DNA of 63,833 nucleotides, the filler included, from Globobulimina sp. (Eukaryota): NCBI GenBank assembly GCA_003354225.1. It is 43 parts of 43 records of this genome, joined end to end, with 100 filler letters (N's around TTAATTAATTAA, not from the genome) between each part and the next. Parts side by side here need not be neighbours in the genome. Positions count along the whole stretch, not along the records: positions 23,799 to 25,185 come from PIVH01017499.1; positions 25,286 to 26,672 come from PIVH01017500.1; positions 26,773 to 28,159 come from PIVH01017501.1; positions 28,260 to 29,646 come from PIVH01017502.1; positions 29,747 to 31,133 come from PIVH01017503.1; positions 31,234 to 32,620 come from PIVH01017504.1; positions 32,721 to 34,107 come from PIVH01017505.1; positions 34,208 to 35,594 come from PIVH01017506.1; 35 more parts are not named here. The stretch is one strand, 5' to 3'. Below the pieces are notes generated by a model that searched no databases, was not told where the DNA came from, and saw only the letters and a list, made by a program, of their open reading frames with translations. The position numbers were made by a program, and so were the translations under genes. Below, in pieces: positions 24,570-36,025 of this stretch (position 1 is the first letter of the stretch; every line of letters begins with the position of its first letter).

Positions 24570-25148
24570 ATGAACACCATACCTTGTCGTTATTATTTTC
24601 AATCAGCAGCAGGTTGCCGGTTTGGAGACACCTGTCGATTCAGTCATAGCCAAGCCAGTACAACCGCATCATGCCGATTTTATGCATCTGTTGGTGGTTG
24701 TCGTTATGGCAAATCATGTCATTATAAACATGATGTTAAGCCATCACAACCAACACAGAGTAGAGAGGTACCAAAAGCAATAGAAGAGGCACCAAATTGC
24801 AATAATTCCACCAATGTATCAATAATTCCACCATTGCCTGTAACATTCTTTGCTACGTTCAATCAAGCAAATCCTCAAACCTTTGCTGCGTCGAATGTTA
24901 TTGCACCAAATGATAATATTCCGCCAAATGATAATATTCCGCCACGTGTAATAAGACATCATGTATCAAACGTATTAGTTCCACCAATTCCTCCTGTTAT
25001 CGGACCTGGTATTGCACCAAATGATAATATTCCACCACCTCCATCCAACATATGTCCACCACACAAATATAAGGCAATTCAGGGAACATTGGTATTATTT
25101 TGTGAATCATGTGGGAATCGTATTAAGATGGATCCATCTGAATTCTAG
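24570..25148 (+). CDS. Tandem CCCH zinc-finger protein with a Pro-rich linker and C-terminal CPPH...CESC motif
   Basis: CRYYFQSAAGCRFGDTCRFSH and CRFYASVGGCRYGKSCHYKH. Confidence 0.75.
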   Translation: MNTIPCRYYFQSAAGCRFGDTCRFSHSQASTTASCRFYASVGGCRYGKSCHYKHDVKPSQPTQSREVPKAIEEAPNCNNSTNVSIIPPLPVTFFATFNQANPQTFAASNVIAPNDNIPPNDNIPPRVIRHHVSNVLVPPIPPVIGPGIAPNDNIPPPPSNICPPHKYKAIQGTLVLFCESCGNRIKMDPSEF

Positions 25149-25285
25149 ATCAGACTTTTAACTTTTAATGACATTCAATTGATTCNNNNNNNNNNNNNNN
25201 NNNNNNNNNNNNNNNNNNNNNNNNNNNNNTTAATTAATTAANNNNNNNNNNNNNNNNNNNNNNNNNNNNNNNNNNNNNNNNNNNN

Positions 25286-26487
25286 CCATATTTTGCAATA
25301 AAATCTTGAAACCAATGTGAATGTCCAACTGTAATCAATCTCAAAATCCCTTCATCTTTCAATTTATTCAATATTTTGGCATAACCCACGGGGTCAACAT
25401 GTCGTTTATGGCTTTGTTCCACATCAACATAATTCTGCTCAGATATTATCCCAAAACTTCGCACCAAACGATACAATTTTAACGTACTTCCAATGCCGGT
25501 AATATTTTTATCAATAAATGCAAACGCATTGGGTGACACAGCAATCCTTTCCATGAAAATCTTGATTATTTTTTCCAAATCTGCTGAGTGTCCATAATCA
25601 GATGGCATTCCATGCAATAAATATTCTGCAAATTTCACTAAATCTTTCAAATAAAATGCTTTAAATTCGCTCTTTGCGTCACTCCCTGCTGTCGTTTCTT
25701 GCAGATTACTAATAATGGTATACATGCACGACAACTCATATTCATTCAATTTCAAATCAATCAATGCTTTAACCAATGCCCCGCCATACATCGTTCTCTT
25801 TAAGTTACTCGAATGAATCTGTAAGTTATTACCAATAAATTTGCAAAGTTGTCTGTTATGCTCTGACGATGAAAGGTTGGCAGCAATGATTCCAGATTCA
25901 TGTAAATCTTTTTGTATATCCTGCAATACGTAATTTACGCCACTCTCTGCTAAGCACGAAAATTGCCGCGCGCCGACAACACTAATTCCAACATCTTGCT
26001 TCCAATTAATTGCTGGTATTAAGTTACCACTTTCTTTACCCGCTGCTTTTTTGGCGTTCCATGCAGAATGAAAATGCCTCATAAAATACATGTGCATTAT
26101 TGTTGCATTTCCATCCCATTCCCATTCGATGGGATAATTCCCAAAAAGAAAGGATCCATCAAAGCTTGGGTTTTCTGAATAAGTTAACGGTTCACTGTCG
26201 GTATACGTATCAAAATGCGATCCGTTGCTGTTAATGGATGGATTATGTATCGGCGTACAGAGACTTCTGAAATATTCTGTGTTGCTGATTCTTTTCGTTG
26301 ATGCTGTCATTAAATAATTAGTGTTGTGTTGATCTGAATTTTCAGAGTCTGATAATGGTTCACTATCTGTGTCAGTAAGATTGAATTCGTGATATTTGTG
26401 TGCATCAAAATAATCATCGTCCGTGCATTTCGCTGTTGAGATATAATGTGTAGCGATTGTAATTTGGATAAGATTCGTACAAAACAT
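25286..26487 (-). CDS. Histidine phosphatase (phosphoglycerate-mutase-like) superfamily protein, divergent, 3'-partial
   Basis: YFMRHFHSAWN, DVGISVVGARQ, SSNLKRT, LQE and ITVGHSHWF occur in canonical order. Confidence 0.65.
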
Positions 26488-27029
26488 TTTGTGACTTTGT
26501 TTTTGGACAATAATTTAATTTGCAATTTAAAGCACGCACCTTGAGGATTGAAGTTTTTTTGAGGATTCAAGTTTTTTGATACGTGATCTGCCCTCTTAAC
26601 TGCCGCGAAATATGACAGAATTGTTTTAATATTTATGGAGCCTAGGTTTCCTAAATAGTTGCCGCGCAGTAANNNNNNNNNNNNNNNNNNNNNNNNNNNN
26701 NNNNNNNNNNNNNNNNTTAATTAATTAANNNNNNNNNNNNNNNNNNNNNNNNNNNNNNNNNNNNNNNNNNNNGTAGGCGACACTGGCAACAGTGCAAAAG
26801 AAGGCAGTATTCACAAAACTCACCGTCTGGTCCGATGCTGCGGCCTGCCAAGCATCAACTTCATCCTGACTCGGATGCCTGCACAAACATATTCCGTTCG
26901 CGCCACACATCAGGCCATCTAAATGTCAGGGAGTAGAACATACCGTGGAGTTGACACGAGCAGGCGAGCATTCAGATATCGTGTGGAGACATCCACTTTC
27001 TCCAAACTGGCCAGTTTCCTTCTCAACAT

Positions 27030-27427
27030 TTGAATATCATAGAATTGAACGAGATTTCATAAATGTTATAAATGACATCGATATTCGTATAAATGAATAT
27101 CATGAAGAAGAAGCTTTTTTATACAACTATACAGAAGAAGAATATGATGTATATTTTATTGAAAAAGCGAAATATGATAAAAATACGCATACTAATGAAT
27201 ATATTAAACAAATCGAAAATGAAATTGAAGCAAGAGAATTATCAGTAATTGAACAATCAAAACCGGACGAATATAATATAATTAAATCAAAACAGCGTGG
27301 AAATCGAATAAATGCAAAAAAATATAAAAGCAAAGCCAAAGAAATTAAAAAATACAATAAAAAACGAAAATTGAAAAAATATAATAAAAAACAAAAAATG
27401 AAAAAATATAATTCTAAAATATTCTAA
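27030..27427 (+). CDS. Lys/Glu-rich hypothetical protein, virus-like (5' end probably chimeric)
   Basis: AT-rich ORF; composition shifts near 27030. Confidence 0.4.
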
Positions 27428-27491
27428 AAAATATCCAACCAAAATATAATTTAATGAATAAAAATTAATAAGTATATATAATACTTATTAA

Positions 27492-27653
27492 ATGGAGTTT
27501 AAAATCGGAGATATCGTTTTACGTAAAGGGCGAAAATGTAAGGTAGTTTATATTGATTTAACATTGGCGCCACCTGCATACACCGTATTTATGTTTGATA
27601 CTAAAACCGAAGTTGGAACTGAATTGAAATATTTATCAAATGTTAAAAAATAA
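27492..27653 (+). CDS. 53-aa small beta-barrel (SH3-like) protein, virus-like
   Basis: Manual translation MEFKIGDIVLRKGRKCKVVYIDLTLAPPAYTVFMFDTKTEVGTELKYLSNVKK; below the ORF-track cutoff. Confidence 0.55.
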   Translation: MEFKIGDIVLRKGRKCKVVYIDLTLAPPAYTVFMFDTKTEVGTELKYLSNVKK

Positions 27654-27786
27654 TCATTATTTATTACATATATGTATAATAAACAATGAATGAAACAACC
27701 GCGTTATTCACGGATAAATGAGTCAATTATATTATTTATTTGTTTATTTCCGTAATAAAATTTATTTATATATAATATAATAAAAG

Positions 27787-28159
27787 ATGTCTCTATTAAA
27801 AACCCTCCCGATTGATATTGAAAATATAATTTTAAGCGACAAAAGTGATATGGAAGATATTAAAATGAGTTTTTGTCCTGTTTGCGATGAAGAAGTTGAA
27901 GATGATACGATGTATAATTTTAGTTGTGTCGGTATTGGTGAATGTGATTGCTGCGATGAATGCTATGAAACCCGTTATATACGGTGTGATTGTGAGAATA
28001 TTTTTGACGTCAATGACTGCGAAATCACGTATTGGGGAATGAGTGAATATTGTAGGTCATGTGTTAAATATTCAGCAGATTTTCATCAAGTTGTTGGTAA
28101 TGTTTTACGCAGAAATGGCGCTATTGGCGCTATTATATACGAAGATACTAATGGTTATG
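27787..28159 (+). CDS. Cys-rich (CxxC) hypothetical protein, giant-virus-like, 3'-partial
   Basis: LPIDIENII N-terminus, several CxxC pairs, intronless compact layout. Confidence 0.5.
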
Positions 28160-28259
28160 NNNNNNNNNNNNNNNNNNNNNNNNNNNNNNNNNNNNNNNNN
28201 NNNTTAATTAATTAANNNNNNNNNNNNNNNNNNNNNNNNNNNNNNNNNNNNNNNNNNNN

Positions 28260-29075
28260 AGATTTATTTACGTTATATTGCGGACCAAGCAATATTTCTA
28301 AAGGACACATTGTTTCAGAACAATTTAACACAAAATCCACAGCATATGAGATATCATTTGATTGTATCATATTTTCAAATATTAATCCATCCAATTTATG
28401 CACCAATTCTGTATTAACCCATCCAGGCATAATTTGACAAACTTTAATTCCAAACTCTTTTAATTCTTTAAATAAACAATCACTAAATCCTCGCACACCA
28501 AATTTTGAAGCACAATATATCCCATCCAATGGCGCCGTTGTTCTCACTGTCGAGGCTCGAGACGATATTTGAATTATTGCTACATTCATATGCGGATATA
28601 TTGATTTAGTTTTTTTTAAATAGGGTACTGATAATTTACAGGCAATTATTAAACCTTTTAAATTAACATCTAACACATTACTGAGTTTACCAATTTCCAT
28701 ATCTTTATCAATTAAATGTGGATATAATACTCCTGCATTATTTATTAACACTGCAAAGGGACCAAAATCATCTGCACATTTTGTAATACATTTTTCTAAT
28801 TGTTTTGTATCGGTTACATCGCATTTTAATGCTAATATTTGTATATTGTTATTCACGGCTTTGCATAATTTGCAAGTTTCATTTAATTTATTTACATTTC
28901 TTGACAGTAAGCATAATTTATACTGATTTGATAATGATAAATTGATGGCGATATTTCTTCCAATGCCACGGGATGCACCTTTACAGTTTATAACAATATA
29001 TGCAAGTGTATATAATAAGATTGTAGGCAGCAATTACCTGTTATTAAAACTGTAGGTAACAACGCTGTTGATGTG
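28260..29075 (-). CDS. Short-chain dehydrogenase/reductase; intron 28979-29037; start codon missing
   Basis: VLIT|GASRGIG after splicing, LINNAG, YCASK, PGWVNT. Confidence 0.9.
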
Positions 29076-29250
29076 TGTACTTCTGGGCTGGGTCATCTGT
29101 GAATGGATCGTAGTTGGCCTCTAAGGATCGGTGTGTATCTGCTGATTGGCACGCCCAAACGAAGGGCAGCGCGTGGTGTTGCCAGGCAAGGCTCGACGTA
29201 AACCGAACCACTCACCACGCCCCGCTGGAGTGTGCCACCCCGTGTTTATA

Positions 29251-29646
29251 TCATCGCTCGTCCATCGGCACCGGACAAACATTGCTGATCGCTTCTTCGA
29301 ATGTCGGCGTCGGACGGAAAAACGGGTGCTCTTTGTATTCGATGTGGCGGCGACCCCAGTACGAACCGTAGTAGACGCCGCCGGCATCGATCCACGTCAC
29401 CAATCGAACGAATGCTTCCTGCGGCAACTTCAGGTCCTTGTGCTGCTTGCCTTCGCGTAGTGCTTTGATTACGCGGCTCTTGTGCGATCCGATGCTCTTG
29501 GGCGGTGAGTACGGGGTGCCGTCCCAATCGGACCTTTCGTGGTAATTCGGCGCCGCACCGCGGCCCAAGAGGTTTTCCCACGAGACCGGCTGCGCTCCTT
29601 CGCGGGCCATCGACATGGTCGGCCCGCTCGAAGACCGCCCCGCCAG
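29251..29646 (-). CDS. C-terminus of a bacterial HzsA-related (hydrazine synthase alpha-like) protein; GC-rich, Planctomycetota-like
   Basis: PKSIGSHKS.VI..L...H..LKL..E..RLVTWID...YYGSYWGRR, recognised from memory of this family. Confidence 0.5.
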   Translation of the reverse strand: MAGRSSSGPTMSMAREGAQPVSWENLLGRGAAPNYHERSDWDGTPYSPPKSIGSHKSRVIKALREGKQHKDLKLPQEAFVRLVTWIDAGGVYYGSYWGRRHIEYKEHPFFRPTPTFEEAISNVCPVPMDER

Positions 29647-29746
29647 NNNNNNNNNNNNNNNNNNNNNNNNNNNNNNNNNNNNNNNNNNNNTTAATTAATT
29701 AANNNNNNNNNNNNNNNNNNNNNNNNNNNNNNNNNNNNNNNNNNNN

Positions 29747-31133
29747 CAAAAAGCCAGGTTGTATATGAATGAATGTCCCAAAGGAAGCCTGCCCAAAGAC
29801 TTCCAATTCCCGGGCTTCCAAAGCATAGTCCGACTATTACGCGAATTGTGGTACGTGTTCAAGACCGCTCCTTCTATGACGGCGCTAAAAATAAAAAGTG
29901 CGATAAAAGTGGCGGGACAAATACGCGAAGATTGCTTGATTTATGTGTCAAATTATATTGCCGTGTTTTCAGCTGAATGCAACCAAAGATGTTTCGAAGC
30001 GTGTTTGGATTTGATATGGGAATGCATTAAATTCGAATCATACTTCGAATCGGTTACGAATGACGTTGACAATGAATTGTTGCCTGTATCGATATTGCGG
30101 TCCGCGTCATCACTCAGTATACAGTCAGACAGCAAAGAGAAGGACGACAACACCAAAATGGAAATATCAGTGACGATGAAGAGGTTCGAAATGCACGTGA
30201 TTGCCGCAATGAAATCCGGTGTACATAAGTCAATTACAAACAGATTGAGTTATTTGCGCGACGAGTCTGAGGATAAGCAGTCGTTTGCATATACGTTTCG
30301 CGATTATGATCGGGCTTTGTTTGGAGACGATGCGCAGCAAAAAGATATTTCAATTACGGATCATTTGGAATTGTGTTGCATTTATTGTATACATAATGTG
30401 TATAAATATATTGAAGACACTAAGAAATTGCATCACGATGTATTTAAAGCTACGTTTGGCGAATTCTTCAATGTGGGTAATATGCATATTATTTTAAGCG
30501 ATGGTTTAATGAGTCCGGTGATTCAATTTATTGATGATTACAAATCGGAGATTAAGGCATTAATTTGTAATAATGAGCATAATGTTATATGCTACAAACA
30601 AATTAAAATGATATTTAATGAAATTAATGAAATGTATGATTATTTTTTAACAAATTGTTCAGCAGACTCCAATCCATTATTATCCGTTGTAAATATGATC
30701 CATTCTTCGTCTTCGGATAATTTATCATTTTATAGTGACATAAATAAATCAATCATTGATTATGAAAGAAAAAATAACCACATTAATAATAAAACAAAAC
30801 AACATCAATGTTGGCTAAAATTGAAAAAAATGACCATATTATCTGCATTTAATGATTATTTCATCTCGGATTTTAGTAAATATTTTTGCATCGTTGAGCG
30901 TGCCATAAAAGATGATAATTTTAAATCAATTGGGAATGATAAAATATTGCCATATTCGACATCTTCCACTGATGTTATTTATTTAATTGAAAAACAAATG
31001 AAATTGTTATTAAGAAACGATTTAAAACCAATACAAATCGTGCAATTGGCTGAGATGATTACCTCCATTCTAATGACATACATTACGATTATTTCGGAAT
31101 TATCACACCAACAAATTTACTCGAAAAAGAAAT
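29747..31133 (+). CDS. Helical protein, probable Munc13/BAIAP3-type MUN (MHD1) domain, partial
   Basis: VERAIKDDNF...YSTSSTDVIYLI resembles the RAV..D...HSTSAVD motif of MHD1. Confidence 0.5.
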
Positions 31134-31277
31134 NNNNNNNNNNNNNNNNNNNNNNNNNNNNNNNNNNNNNNNNNNNNTTAATTAATTAANNNNNNNNNNN
31201 NNNNNNNNNNNNNNNNNNNNNNNNNNNNNNNNNAAGCCCCAACTGCGGACATATTGCAGTTGGATTGGTATTAAACT

Positions 31278-32282
31278 TTGATCCATTCGAAGAAGAACAC
31301 TAAACTATGCCTATGTAACAAACCATTTGATTATAACCATCAAAATAATCAAAATAATTTGCATTACGATTGTAACCAAGCAATAATAATACAATATAAA
31401 TCAAAGAAAAAAAAGAAAAGGAAAAAAAGTATAAAAAATAAGCTAAATAACATCATCACAAGAACAGGAACAGGAAGACGAACACATTTATTATCAACAG
31501 ACCATAAATATGTTGTTGAATACAAAAATAACAAAACAAAACAAAAACATATTCATCAACAAACGATACAAACCACAACATCTGCTGCTACACAATTATG
31601 TGATATCGAAATTTCGATCATTGCCACCAAATACAATGAATATGAATACACCGAAAATAAATTATTTTATGATTTGAAGCAAGAATCATTTTGGATCAAC
31701 GTTCCAATGAAATTAATAAATATCAACTTACAACGATGTTCGCTTACACTTATTCCTAAAAATAAACAAAATGCAAAATGTATACATTTTGAACCAATGA
31801 TTACAAATTTTTTTGTTCCGGTTTATATGACAAAGTATTCATTCATTTTCAGACACGATTCAATTCCCAAAGTATTAGAAAACCGTCATTTATTTGCAGT
31901 GATCATACATTGTTTACGTCAATGTTCTATTAAAAATATTAAAAACATTAAATTTAATCATAATGTATCTACAACGCCATTCAATTTGGATCGAGTTTTG
32001 CTTGAATTCATTCCGGCAGTCGATATATTGCAAAATGTATTATTTCCTTTGATTGGTTATAATGAAGCTTTGTTTATTGAAACAAATGCAAAAAACGTAA
32101 ATATTAATATGAGCAAAACGATATTTAAAAAACAAAAGAACGATGAAATGAATCCAATTGATGATAGATATAAATCGTCATTACATTATAGATATAAACC
32201 GTCATTACATTATACTGATTATAGATTATTAAGATATCGATATAAATGTGGATTATTAAGCTATCAACCCCATATAGGCTAG
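31278..32282 (+). CDS. Hypothetical protein
   Basis: 334-aa ORF in AT-rich DNA; no recognised domain. Confidence 0.45.
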   Translation: MIHSKKNTKLCLCNKPFDYNHQNNQNNLHYDCNQAIIIQYKSKKKKKRKKSIKNKLNNIITRTGTGRRTHLLSTDHKYVVEYKNNKTKQKHIHQQTIQTTTSAATQLCDIEISIIATKYNEYEYTENKLFYDLKQESFWINVPMKLININLQRCSLTLIPKNKQNAKCIHFEPMITNFFVPVYMTKYSFIFRHDSIPKVLENRHLFAVIIHCLRQCSIKNIKNIKFNHNVSTTPFNLDRVLLEFIPAVDILQNVLFPLIGYNEALFIETNAKNVNINMSKTIFKKQKNDEMNPIDDRYKSSLHYRYKPSLHYTDYRLLRYRYKCGLLSYQPHIG

Positions 32283-32380
32283 TTTGCCATTGACTTTATG
32301 TGTTGACTGTTAACTAAGTTTTCTACTTTAAGACTCTACTCACCTTCGAATTACTTCCTTACACTCTAAACAACTTAGCA

Positions 32381-32470
32381 AGTCTCTAAAATTGGGGGGT
32401 CAAGTGTTCCAACTTTCCACGACATAAAAAAGCACCAGTATAAAAGAAGAGGAAGGTATATATATATATG
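32381..32470 (+). repeat. LTR-like segment related to the gypsy LTR at 50221-50459
   Basis: Identical 19-mer AATTGGGGGGTCAAGTGTT at 32390 and 50361, each followed by ACGACA, TATAAA, a purine run and a (TA)n run. Confidence 0.6.
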
Positions 32471-32801
32471 TCATTCAAAGAAGGAAAGGCAAATAACAGT
32501 GATAAATCCAACTACGTTCTATTACGAAATGGAATTGATATTTTAAAGCAGGGATTGTATCTTTGCTACAATTCATTATTTATTTTAGGTATCAGAGAGA
32601 TAACGATGAACATAAGAGATNNNNNNNNNNNNNNNNNNNNNNNNNNNNNNNNNNNNNNNNNNNNTTAATTAATTAANNNNNNNNNNNNNNNNNNNNNNNN
32701 NNNNNNNNNNNNNNNNNNNNATAAACCAATGTGTGCGGCGCCGCGCCACCGACCTTCCTAGCCATTGCCGCGACCTGACTGGACCGCAGCTGACCGATCG
32801 G

Positions 32802-33343
32802 TGGGGCAGTGAGTAGCGGCGGCGGTCGTTAGAAGAGTACAGTGTGCAACAATCGTTTATTGTAGTTATGTTAGAGTACAGTGTGCGATACATACAGTAC
32901 TACTTTATTGTAGTACTGTAAGAAGGTTAAATAAAAATAGGCGTGGCTCCAGGCCCAAGCAATGGGCTATCCATTAGTCTATTGGTTGATAAAATACCGT
33001 AATCAGTATGGCACAATATGGCACTAAGAGGGGGGTCCCTAGCGGCATGTAAGAGAAGAGGGCGTGGCTCCGTCACCCAAGTAATGGATATACATTAGTC
33101 TATTGGTAGATCAGGGCAGTGAGTATAGCGGCGTTAGAGTATAGTGTGCAATCGTTTATTGTTGTTCTGTTATAATACATCATGCAATACATACAGTATA
33201 TTATTGTAATTCGGTAAGAAGGGAGAGAAGAGGGCGTGGCTCCGCCCCTGATTAAGGGGTATCCATTAGTCTATTGGTCGATAAAATACCGTAGCCAGCG
33301 TGCCACAAGGTGCCACCAAAGGGGGTATTAAAGCGGCATGTAA
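32802..33343. repeat. Degenerate tandem repeat of about 310 bp with internal subrepeats
   Basis: GGGCAGTGAGTA...AATCGTTTATTG...GGGCGTGGCTCC...CATTAGTCTATTGG...GCGGCATGTAA occurs twice. Confidence 0.7.
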
Positions 33344-33980
33344 CATACTACTATCGAGGTTGTGTATTACCCCAACTGACGTATGCTTGGGAAGCATGGT
33401 TCCCCAAAAACAAATATTCACGGGAAAAGGTCGAAAAAGTACAACGATTCTATGCCCAGACGTATACGAATACCTACAATAAGACATATGAAGAAACGCT
33501 TGATATCTACCATATGACTGGCTCAGAACTGTCATCTCTCTGGCTGTGTGCTGCCCGCCAAAGAATCAAACTGTTCTATAAATATTATCATGGACATCGT
33601 TTCGTTCCAGAAGGACAATTTTGTCAGTCCCAAAATCGGAGAAGCGCAAGAACAAATCATAGCTGTCACGTTGAGCAGACTAAAGGATCAGTCGCCACGG
33701 ATAGTACTTTCTTTCCTACTGCTATTAGACTCTGGAATGCACTGCCTCGTAATGTACCTACTTTAAATTATTTTAAGTTCTGTGACTATATTGATTCAGA
33801 TGATTTTAGTGATCTTGTTATTTTAAACAATATGTGCTGTTCTATAAGGTAGTAGTCAGGGTTATATATTTTAATTATTTTATTATATTCTATATGTCCT
33901 GTCTAATGGCCGCTATCAACAGTGGTGTCTGACTTTAAATTGTGGACGAATAAACTTTCAAAACTTTCAAACTTTCAAAC
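33344..33980 (+). mobile_element. 5'-truncated CR1/L2-type LINE: ORF2 C-terminus, 3' UTR and microsatellite tail
   Basis: YRGCVLPQLTYAWEAWFP...EKVQR...LFYK..HG...STFFPTAIRLWNALP; tail (AAACTTTC/AAAACTTTC)x3 at 33952-33980. Confidence 0.8.
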
Positions 33981-34207
33981 CACCAAAAAGGAAGGATATT
34001 AATAACCATAAAAATGGAACCATGGAAAAGGAAGGATATTAATAACAACCATAAAAACGGACCCATATAAAAGGAAGGAAACTAGACGAACAACAAAAGT
34101 GCAAAGTNNNNNNNNNNNNNNNNNNNNNNNNNNNNNNNNNNNNNNNNNNNNTTAATTAATTAANNNNNNNNNNNNNNNNNNNNNNNNNNNNNNNNNNNNN
34201 NNNNNNN

Positions 34208-35594
34208 TAACCAATTCCAAATCCATCCCACCCGAAGCCAGCCACGCCACTTTAAGTTCCGCCAAACCACTCTTACAAACCCCTCGTCTGACCATCAAAG
34301 CCAAATCAGTGTCTCAGTCCAACTCACAGCACCAATTTAAGAAAAAGAAAATTAAAAAAAAACGGCAGGATTACAATATCAAACCGTCCGCATATATTAA
34401 ACACAAGAAAAGGAGATCCGGTACGTATGAGAAACGCATAAAGTTAGCTAAGAAGAAGAAGAAAAAAGGCGAGAAGCACAATGCATCGCGCTCCGTGGGT
34501 AACTATGATAAGAAACAGACGTTCGATTTGGAAGCGATTTTGGGCGATAAGCTGCCAATATGTAATAAGTTAAAGATACGAAAGGCTGCCAGTTTCAATC
34601 TGAGCGATGATAAGAAGAAAGGTCGAAAATATAGAACGAGGGACCGGATTGTGAGTGGATCTGAAGATATATGTTCACCGCGATCAGTGAGGTCGCGATC
34701 TGATAATTCATTGGTGTTTTCAGTCACAAATGAGGTGGAGGAGGAATGTGAGGATAAATGGGAGTGCGAAAAGTGTTATAGAATGAATGTCATGGAGTTC
34801 AATTTCTGTCCAATTTGTGGAGTGAAAAGGGCGTTGTATACAGTTAAGAAAATCGAGATTGCGTTGGATTTGGAATTGAAACAAGGATCAGATAGTGACG
34901 AGATGACAGAATCTGAATCGGATCATTCAGACCGAGGCGTTGGTGATGGATTGGATAAGTATAGAATGTACAGAATGGAGGAAGAGAAAGAGATGGAATC
35001 GATATTAGATGACATGAAATATGAAAATAATGTTAAGGTCAGGCATGTTTGTACATGGTATTAGTTATAAAAAACGTCTGTTTTTGAAAATATTATATAC
35101 ATATTATTATATTTTTAATTTGATGCTACTTTGTAAGATGGAGAAGGTCCAGAGAGAGAGGGAAGAATTAAAAGGATTAAAAAAAGAGGATTTTATTAAA
35201 ACCTTTGATTCTATGAATGTAAATGTACGAAATACAAAAAATAGGAATAGCGATTCCAGTGCGGATACACCATCGCCAGTTTTTTCTCCGCGGTCGCCGC
35301 CGACGCAAAATATTATATCTCCAAAATTTAAAATAAAAAAACCGAATGCGTTTAGTATTAAAAATTGGATATTATCACCCAAAGGAAGTAAATCAGCAAA
35401 AGAAAATGATGTAAAATATGAAACGGATACAAATTATGATAATGTTATGAAAAACATGGGAATAACCAATAAATATAACAATAATAATAATAATGACAAT
35501 GGCAATGGCAATGACAATGTTAATATGGTGTATAATAATGGTGGTTATGAGGAAAGTATATCATATTCAGATATATCGTATGCATATTCTGTTG
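34208..35594 (+). CDS. Hypothetical Lys/Ser-rich protein with a RanBP2-type zinc finger; probable intron near 35038-35137
   Basis: KWECEKCYRMNVMEFNFCPICG (W-x-C-x2-C-x3-N-x6-C-x2-C). Confidence 0.6.
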
Positions 35595-35694
35595 NNNNNN
35601 NNNNNNNNNNNNNNNNNNNNNNNNNNNNNNNNNNNNNNTTAATTAATTAANNNNNNNNNNNNNNNNNNNNNNNNNNNNNNNNNNNNNNNNNNNN

Positions 35695-36025
35695 TGGTAA
35701 AACGAGCATGTTTATCATTAAAAGTTGAGCTGTGGATTGGATTTGATTTTTGCTCACAATCTATACACACATTTGATGCGCAGGGAGCTGTTGAAGGTTT
35801 TGTAAATCGTTGCGAGCGAGAAATAAATCCGACACCATACCCTTTGCATGAATATGAGCTGGATTTATCTTCAAATGATGCCATTTTATAATAATGCCCT
35901 GGGTCTAGTGAGTTGGTTCTATTTTGTTTGTCAAATCGTTGTGATGTACATCCAAATCCATGCAACTCATTATTATCATTTTTCAGTACTGTTTCAAATC
36001 GTGATGGAATGGAGACTATTCGCAT
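35695..36025 (-). CDS. STPG1/SHIPPO-repeat axonemal protein-like, N-terminal part
   Basis: SIPSRFETV...GFG..SQRF...PG.YY...SYSCKGYG.GFISRSQRF. Confidence 0.55.

Noticed and set aside
29251..29646. Evidence for anammox metabolism
   Set aside because: Only a C-terminal fragment of a broad HzsA-related family, with no other anammox genes in view
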